Under the pieces are notes generated by a model. That model had not been told where the DNA came from. It made no database searches and worked only from the letters and a program-made list of their open reading frames with translations. The position numbers were made by a program, and so were the translations under genes. Below are positions 9,849 through 16,064 of a stretch of 32,000 nucleotides of DNA, one piece after another. Origin of the DNA: Desulfobulbus propionicus DSM 2032 (GTDB lineage Bacteria; Desulfobacterota; Desulfobulbia; Desulfobulbales; Desulfobulbaceae); NCBI RefSeq assembly GCF_000186885.1, contig NC_014972.1, positions 3,090,001 to 3,122,000 of the forward strand, read 5' to 3'. Positions within the stretch are counted from its first letter, which is position 1, and each line of letters opens with the position of its first letter.

Positions 9849-10193
9849 ATGACCACGCCTGCCACCGGCCCAGCCTCTCTGGATTTCTTTTCCGCCGCTT
9901 TTCTCCTGCCCAATATCGGCGCCCCCTTCCTCGTCGGCCTGGCCGTGGGCTACTTCGCCAAGAAGGTGGTCAAGATCGCCCTGTTCCTGGGCGGGGCGGC
10001 GGTGGTTCTGCTCTTTGCCGCCGAATACTACGGCGTCACCCATGTCAACGACCAAGCCCTGCACCAGACCGCCCAGGCCGCCGCCGACCTGGCCAACCAG
10101 TCCGGCAGCTTCCTCTACGACCGTCTGTCCCGACTCACCTGGAAGGGCGGCAGCGCGGTGGCCGGTTTCCTGGCCGGTTTGAAGCTGGGGTAA
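9849..10193 (+). CDS. Small membrane protein, FUN14-family-like
   Basis: 114 aa containing FLVGLAVGYFAKKVVKIALFLGGAAVVLL and a C-terminal GGSAVAGFLAGLKLG. AAAGGAAA precedes the ATG at 9849. The family call is from memory of the motif pattern. Confidence 0.55.
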   Translation: MTTPATGPASLDFFSAAFLLPNIGAPFLVGLAVGYFAKKVVKIALFLGGAAVVLLFAAEYYGVTHVNDQALHQTAQAAADLANQSGSFLYDRLSRLTWKGGSAVAGFLAGLKLG

Positions 10194-10200
10194 ATGTTTT

Positions 10201-10272
10201 TTCGCGGGCAGGGCCCGCCCCTACCCGACGGTCGCACCACTTGGGGCCGTAGGAGCGGGCCATGCCCGCGAA
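10201..10272. repeat. Pair of REP-like 24-nt elements in inverted orientation
   Basis: TTCGCGGGCAGGGCCCGCCCCTAC (10201-10224) is the reverse complement, with 2 mismatches, of GTAGGAGCGGGCCATGCCCGCGAA (10249-10272). Each unit is itself a small palindrome (GCGGGC-N3-GCCCGC). The pair lies just after the FUN14-like stop codon. Confidence 0.85.
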
Positions 10273-10455
10273 CAAGGGCGAGTTGAGCGCAACGAGCGCC
10301 GGCTGGCCAAACCTACCCGCTGTTTGCCGCGCCGATTTCGGCCCTCTTTTCTTTTGCTTGCCGGGCTATGAATGCAACCGAATGCATCCGTCCCGCCAAA
10401 TGCACGTTGCTTTCGCCAGTGAAATCAAGGCGTGCGATCCTGCGCCATCCATCCC

Positions 10456-11049
10456 TCACCCTCCCTGGCGGCCATTGTAAATAACCGGATTCGTCGCGGC
10501 AAACTCCCGAAACCCCTTTAACGCCTCCTCCCGCATCACCCCCTCGATCAGTTCAATGCCCCGGTCGGCCAGCTCCCTCCGCCAGTGCTCCGGCATCGGA
10601 CCCTCGTCAAAGCCGGTGATGGCCATCATCTCGGGATCGGCGCCGGCGATGACCAGCGAGCGGATGCCGGACCAGAGCACGGCCCCAAAACACATGGCGC
10701 AGGGGCTCCAGTTGACCACCAGTTGGTGCGCGGGCAGACCGGGCCCGCCGAGGTCGTAGACGCCGAGCATCTGCTGAGCGAGCGTCAGGGCCGTGATCTC
10801 GGCATGGGCCGAGGAGCAGTTGAGCGGTATCACCCGGTTGACGCCAATCACTATCAGCTTGCCGGAATCGCGCTCAAAAACGCCGGCGCTAAAAGGCCCG
10901 CCGCTCTGGTGCTCGGTGTTGAGACGGGCAAAGCGGAGCACCGCCGCCATGCGGTCTTCCAGGCGCGGCAGGTACTCGGGCACATGGAGCAGTTCGGCTG
11001 GAGCCCAATCCGGCAGATCGAGGATGAAACGGGGCGGGGTGGTCGGCAT
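10456..11049 (-). CDS. Cytidine/deoxycytidylate deaminase-family zinc enzyme (nucleoside/nucleobase deaminase)
   Basis: 197 aa with the zinc motifs SAHAEITAL (H-A-E) and SPCAMCFGAV (PCxxC). The start at 11049 has GGAG 8 nt upstream. The longer ORF-track version (to 11496) overlaps the upstream gene and is rejected. Confidence 0.8.
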   Translation of the reverse strand: MPTTPPRFILDLPDWAPAELLHVPEYLPRLEDRMAAVLRFARLNTEHQSGGPFSAGVFERDSGKLIVIGVNRVIPLNCSSAHAEITALTLAQQMLGVYDLGGPGLPAHQLVVNWSPCAMCFGAVLWSGIRSLVIAGADPEMMAITGFDEGPMPEHWRRELADRGIELIEGVMREEALKGFREFAATNPVIYNGRQGG

Positions 11050-11084
11050 GACGAAATCTCCGGTGAGGGTGGAAAGGGTAGGTG

Positions 11085-11441
11085 TCAAGCCCCCATGATC
11101 TTCTTGCGAAAGAGGAAAAAGACCGCGCCCAGCAGACAGAGCCCGGCCCAGAGGTAGTCCAGAGTGAGCTTTTCCTTGAGATAGAGCACGGAAAAGGGCA
11201 CGAAGATCGACAGGGTGATGACCTCCTGGAGGATCTTGAGCTGGCCGACGGACATCACATCGTGGCCGATGCGGTTGGCGGGCACCTGGAGCAGGTATTC
11301 CAGGAGGGCAATGCCCCAGCTGACCAGGGCGGCGATGATCCACGGCTTGTGCGACAAACTCTTGAGATGGCCGTACCAGGCAAAGGTCATGAAGATGTTG
11401 CTTGCCGACAACAGGGCAATGGTCAGGGTGTAGCGGTTCAT
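11085..11441 (-). CDS. DMT-superfamily small membrane protein (DUF486-type)
   Basis: 118 aa with NIFMTFAWYGHLK, LEYLLQVPANRIG and QLKILQEVITL, a characteristic DUF486 pattern. GAGGAGAG RBS. It lies 35 nt upstream of the deaminase gene, so the two are probably an operon. Confidence 0.75.
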   Translation of the reverse strand: MNRYTLTIALLSASNIFMTFAWYGHLKSLSHKPWIIAALVSWGIALLEYLLQVPANRIGHDVMSVGQLKILQEVITLSIFVPFSVLYLKEKLTLDYLWAGLCLLGAVFFLFRKKIMGA

Positions 11442-11576
11442 GGTGCTCTCCTCGCTGAAGGCGAGAGGTGGAGATGACGCGGCCGGTTGACCGCACCAGG
11501 GCGGATCGTTTGCGTTCGCCGCAAATGGGTTATAGTAGCACCCCTCCAGCCGATTTCAAGGGAGAAACCGCGCGGC

Positions 11577-11614
11577 GGCCCGACCGGCCCGACCGGCCCG
11601 ACCGGCCCGACCGG
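11577..11614. repeat. Tandem 9-bp repeat (GGCCCGACC) x4 in the intergenic leader upstream of the 1,419-aa ORF
   Basis: Read directly: four perfect contiguous units at 11577-11612 plus a partial unit. Non-coding position between divergent genes. Confidence 0.9.
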
Positions 11615-11702
11615 GCAAAACTCCTGCTGACTTTCCGGGGCAAGCTTTATACAATAGATACGTTGTGCTGTTTCTCCGTTCTCTCAACGTCCGAGGTTGC
11701 CC

Positions 11703-14700
11703 ATGCCCGCCGATTCCTGTCCGTTGCCCCTTGCCTCCGATGCCCTCAAGGCCAATCTGCGTGAAACCGCCGCCCCGGTGGTGATCAATCCCGCCTACCT
11801 GCCGCTGCGTGACGCGGTCTGCCGCTTCCGGGGCATCCTGGGCAAGCTCGACACCCTGCTCTACGAAATCAGCCACCCCTTCCGCAACTGGAAACTGCTC
11901 ATCCCCGAGCTGCGGGCCTATGTGCTCAAAAACAGCAACCACTACCGCGATCATGAGCAGGGGCCCGAGGCCTTCGCCTTGTTCATGGCCATTTTCTTCG
12001 ACGCGCTCAAGGATTCGGGCCGCAACGAGCAGCTGCTGCAGCGCATTCTCGAAGCCATGCTCGCCTATGCCGACAAGCTGATCCTCTCGCTCGACAGCCC
12101 GGCCCTGTTTCGCTACCAAGCGGTCTTCACCGAATTTTTCACCCGCCTGCGGGAATTGGACCGGACCGAACCGCAGGTGATGCTCTCCATCGTCCAAGGT
12201 CATCATCCCATCCGCAAGATCGTGCAACAGGTGCTCGGCCTGCGCAAACAGCAGCCGCAGCAGCCCTATGATCTCCAGGCACTGGCCCTCTTGCTCCGTA
12301 CCCTCCTCATCCGCACCTATCAGTATTGGCTGAACGAAGAGGATCCGCTGCCGTGGTTCGAGCGGCAATGCGGCGACTACTGCCGCCAGTGGCACGGCCA
12401 GGATCTGCTGTTGTCCATCTCCCATCAACGGATCGCCGAATGCCTTCGCACATTAGAGGCCATCGATTTTGCCGCCGATTACCAGGCCGGCCTGGAGCAA
12501 CTCCTTGCCCTGCCCGCCCACATGGACCTGGTTCGCTTGTACAAGGAGATCCCGGCCAAGATGGTGGCGGTCGAGGCGGCCAGCGAATCCTCGGCCAACT
12601 TCGTCGAGAACCGCAAGCTGCTCTTTTTGTTCCGCATCATGGAAACCGCCGGCCTGTTTTTGATCCACGAGGAGACCCTGCGCGAGATCAACCGCTCGCT
12701 GGTGCAGTTGATCCGCAAGCAGAGCTTCGAGGAGATCGAGCAGTTCTTCGTCACCACCTTCCACCTGCTCAAGGCCAATGTCCGCCGCTACCCGCACACC
12801 TCGCTGCAATGCATCCAGGTGATCGGCAACGAGGTATTCAAGCGCGGCAACTCCCGCCTGGTCGAGGCCTTTTTGTGGGAGGCGGTGCGCTTTGGCTTCC
12901 AGTACGCGAACGTGCGCGGCGTGGACGAGGACTGGCAGCCCATCGCCAACCCGGCCCATCTGACCAACATTCGTGTCTGGCTCAACCTGATCGAGCAGGA
13001 GCCCAAGTGGTGCTCGACCCTGTTTTCGGCCCTGATCATCAACCTGCGGCTGTCGGGTACCTGCGTGCGCGACACCGACCTGTTCCAGCGCGACATCACC
13101 GAACTGCTCAACCATCCCATCGGCCCGATCTACAACCTGGCCAAGCAGTTCACCAAGCTGATGCCGGTCTTTTTCAACGAGATCGGCGCCGAGGGCGAGC
13201 TGCGCGACGTGTCCACCGAACTCGACGAGATTCACAAACGCAAGGACATCCTCGTCCACTTCCTGCGCAAGCAGGCCCATGTGGAGTCGAGCAACCTGAT
13301 CGTCGGTTTCATCGAAGCCATCTTCACCTTCTGGATCACCCTCGATCAGAGCTACCTGCGCGAATACCTGCCCGACGAGGTGCTGCGCCAAGTGGAAACC
13401 AGCGGCCCCTTTGTCGACGACCAACATGAACTGGCGGCCCGGATCAAGAAGGAACTGCGTTTCACCCGCATGGCCCACATTCTCGCCTGGGACGACGACG
13501 AACGGCAGCAGTTCCTTGACCGCCAGCAGGATCTCTCGGAAGTGGAACGGCGGCGATTCGCCCTGTTGGTGCGGATGTACAAGCTCTTGCACCTCAAGTA
13601 CAATCTCAGCCTGCCCGAGATCCAGAGCCAGCTGCACCACGCCATCAATGCCGGCTTCCCCGAGTTGGCCCGCCTGCTCGACGTGCTCAGGGAAAACGAC
13701 CCGATCCATTGCCTCGATGCCCTGCTCGACGAACTCGAACACCTGCAGGAAATCATCCTCAGTCCAGACAAGTTCGAGCCCAAGGAGGAGATTTATTACA
13801 AGCGCCACATCGCGGTCGACATTCCCTCGGTCTACGGCCGCTATTCCGAACGCAAATTCGATGCCCTCGGCCTGACCTTCCGCCTGGAGAGCCTGGCCAA
13901 CGTCTACCTGGAGCGGCTCTTTTCCACCGTCAACCTGAGTTTCATCACCCAAGCGACCTTCATCCGCATCCTCAAGTGTCTGCGGCTCTTTACCCGCGCC
14001 CTGCAGATCGACGGCATCTCCAGCCGCCGCCTGGACACCTACATCAGCCTGCTGGCCACCTCGATCGGCATTCGCCGCTTTTCCTATACCCAACACCTCG
14101 ACATCATGCGCGGCCTGTCCGAAGGGGTCAAGGACATCATCTACGCCTACTACACCAACATCCACCAGAACAACCTCTCCATCATCGTGCCGCAAATCGG
14201 CAAGGACAACCTGCTGCCCAAGTACCACGGGTCCTGGGACGAGAAAAACATGCCCGAGACCGTGCTCCGCCTCTCGGAAACCTTTTTCCGCGACCTGATT
14301 TCCACCACCTTCGGCCTGCAGCACCTGGACAACTTCATCGGCAAGGTCATTGGCACCCTGGAGGCGCAAAAGGACATTCTCGACGAGAAGACGCTCGATC
14401 TGCTGATGACCTACAACCCGGAAAAGGCGATCAGCAGCCTCCATGCCGAAAACCTGCGCACCCACAACCTGATCCACCTGGGCAACAAGGGCTTCAATCT
14501 GGTGGTGCTGACCCGCGACAAGCTGCCGGTGCCGCCGGCCTTCATCATCACCACCGAGGTCTTCCGCTGCTATCGGGCGATCCGCAAGTTCGAGCGGGCC
14601 CGCGACGAATACATGCGGCGGGTGCGGGCCGCGGTCACCGGCATCGAGCAGATGACCGGCCTGGTGTTCGGCTCGCCGGAGCGGCCGCTGCTGCTGTCGG

Positions 14701-15962
14701 TGCGCAGCGGCGCAGCCATCTCCATGCCCGGCATCATGTCCACCATCCACAATGTCGGCGCCAACGAGGAGATGGTCGAGGAGTATGTGGCCCTCCATCC
14801 GGAGGCCAAATACTTTGCCTGGGACAACTTCCGCCGCTTTCTTCAATCCTGGGGCATGGCCAACGGCATGGAGCGCGAGGACTTCCAGGAGCTGATGAAC
14901 ACGCACAAACGTCAGCATCAGGTGCATTACAAGCGCGATTTTTCGCCCGAGCAGATGCGCCAGCTGGCCCTCAACTACCAGCAGGCGGTCAAGGGCCGCG
15001 GCTTCGGCATGCCCGAGGACCCCTGGTTGCAGCTGATCGGCGCGGTGGACATGGTGTTCGACAGCTGGCACACGCCCAAGGCCCAGGAATACCGCCGCCT
15101 GATGGGTGTATCCGACGACTGGGGCACGGCGGTCATCGTCCAGACCATGGTGTTCGGCAATCTCAGCTCCCAGGCGGGCAGCGGGGTGCTGTTCACCGCT
15201 CATCCCTATCGCAAGGTGCGGCGGGTGGCCCTGTGGGGCGATTACGCCACCGGCGACCAGGGCGAGGACATTGTTTCCGGCCTGGTCACCAGTCACCCGA
15301 TATCGGTGGAGCAGGCAGAGATCGACGGCCGTGACGAGAACAAGAGTTTGGAGCGTCGCTTTCCCAAGGTCTACCAGCGGCTTTTGGAAATCAGCCGCGA
15401 TCTGGTCTACGAAAAGGAGTGGAATCCGCAGGAAATCGAGTTCACCTTCGAGGGGCCGGAACCGGAACAGCTCTATCTGCTCCAGACCCGCGACATGATC
15501 ACCATCAAGAAGAAGGAGCATCTCAACGTCTTCGTCGATTCCGACCTGGCCCACAAGGCGATCCTCGCCAAGGGGATCGGCGTGTCCGGGTCGGCGATGA
15601 GCGGCAAGGCGGTGTTCAACGAGGACAACATCAGCCAGTTGCGCCGGGAGGAGCCGGGCACGCCGCTGATCCTCATTCGCCGCGACACCGTGCCCGAGGA
15701 TATCCGCGAAATTTCCCTGGCCGACGGGCTGGTGACCTCGCGCGGCGGGCAGACCTCGCACGCCTCGGTGGTGGCCACCCGGCTGGAGAAGACCTGCGTG
15801 GTCGGCTGCCGTGACATGCAGGTGGTGGAAACCGAGGAGTATGCCGAGATCAACGGCACGCGCATCACCTTCGGCACCCCGATTGCCATCGACGGCCGCC
15901 ACGGCCTGCTGATCGAGGGCAACTTCCCGCTGCGCGAGGAGGTGCACATTCTGCCTTTATAA
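11703..15962 (+). CDS. Large PPDK/PEP-synthase-related protein: ~900-aa unknown N-terminal region, ATP-grasp nucleotide-binding domain and phosphohistidine swivel domain, with no PEP/pyruvate-binding TIM-barrel domain
   Basis: 1,419 aa. From ~aa 912 (nt ~14440) the sequence follows the PPDK N-terminal half: LGNKGFNL..LPVPPAFIITTEVF, LLLSVRSGAAISMPGIMSTIHNVG, GTAVIVQTMVFGN, GDQGEDIVSG, EIEFTFE..LYLLQTRD. The swivel domain GLVTSRGGQTSHASVVATRLEKTCVVGC follows, with the His codon at 15759-15761. The ORF stops ~65 aa later. ATG at 11703 with GAGG 6 nt upstream. Confidence 0.85.
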   Translation: MPADSCPLPLASDALKANLRETAAPVVINPAYLPLRDAVCRFRGILGKLDTLLYEISHPFRNWKLLIPELRAYVLKNSNHYRDHEQGPEAFALFMAIFFDALKDSGRNEQLLQRILEAMLAYADKLILSLDSPALFRYQAVFTEFFTRLRELDRTEPQVMLSIVQGHHPIRKIVQQVLGLRKQQPQQPYDLQALALLLRTLLIRTYQYWLNEEDPLPWFERQCGDYCRQWHGQDLLLSISHQRIAECLRTLEAIDFAADYQAGLEQLLALPAHMDLVRLYKEIPAKMVAVEAASESSANFVENRKLLFLFRIMETAGLFLIHEETLREINRSLVQLIRKQSFEEIEQFFVTTFHLLKANVRRYPHTSLQCIQVIGNEVFKRGNSRLVEAFLWEAVRFGFQYANVRGVDEDWQPIANPAHLTNIRVWLNLIEQEPKWCSTLFSALIINLRLSGTCVRDTDLFQRDITELLNHPIGPIYNLAKQFTKLMPVFFNEIGAEGELRDVSTELDEIHKRKDILVHFLRKQAHVESSNLIVGFIEAIFTFWITLDQSYLREYLPDEVLRQVETSGPFVDDQHELAARIKKELRFTRMAHILAWDDDERQQFLDRQQDLSEVERRRFALLVRMYKLLHLKYNLSLPEIQSQLHHAINAGFPELARLLDVLRENDPIHCLDALLDELEHLQEIILSPDKFEPKEEIYYKRHIAVDIPSVYGRYSERKFDALGLTFRLESLANVYLERLFSTVNLSFITQATFIRILKCLRLFTRALQIDGISSRRLDTYISLLATSIGIRRFSYTQHLDIMRGLSEGVKDIIYAYYTNIHQNNLSIIVPQIGKDNLLPKYHGSWDEKNMPETVLRLSETFFRDLISTTFGLQHLDNFIGKVIGTLEAQKDILDEKTLDLLMTYNPEKAISSLHAENLRTHNLIHLGNKGFNLVVLTRDKLPVPPAFIITTEVFRCYRAIRKFERARDEYMRRVRAAVTGIEQMTGLVFGSPERPLLLSVRSGAAISMPGIMSTIHNVGANEEMVEEYVALHPEAKYFAWDNFRRFLQSWGMANGMEREDFQELMNTHKRQHQVHYKRDFSPEQMRQLALNYQQAVKGRGFGMPEDPWLQLIGAVDMVFDSWHTPKAQEYRRLMGVSDDWGTAVIVQTMVFGNLSSQAGSGVLFTAHPYRKVRRVALWGDYATGDQGEDIVSGLVTSHPISVEQAEIDGRDENKSLERRFPKVYQRLLEISRDLVYEKEWNPQEIEFTFEGPEPEQLYLLQTRDMITIKKKEHLNVFVDSDLAHKAILAKGIGVSGSAMSGKAVFNEDNISQLRREEPGTPLILIRRDTVPEDIREISLADGLVTSRGGQTSHASVVATRLEKTCVVGCRDMQVVETEEYAEINGTRITFGTPIAIDGRHGLLIEGNFPLREEVHILPL

Positions 15963-16064
15963 CCCGCCTGCTCGGACTTATAGTAGACCCTAAATCATGA
16001 TCGCCAGCGTCCCCCCAATAGCCGGTGCGCTGGCCTGTTTCTTTTCTCTGCCCGGTCACCTGCC

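Noticed and set aside
10456-11496. 346-aa ORF-track version of the deaminase gene
   Set aside because: The N-terminal 149 residues are Arg/Pro/His-rich and overlap the DUF486 gene in another frame. Deaminase similarity starts at the Met at 11049, which has its own RBS.
11577-11614. Tandem repeat considered as a possible CRISPR or mini-array
   Set aside because: The units are 9 bp and directly contiguous with no spacers, and there are no cas genes in the window. It is a simple tandem repeat.
12453-15947. 1,164-aa minus-strand ORF opposite the giant PPDK-like gene
   Set aside because: The plus frame has clear PPDK motifs and normal protein composition along its whole length. The antisense product is repetitive and Gly/Asp/Val/His-rich.
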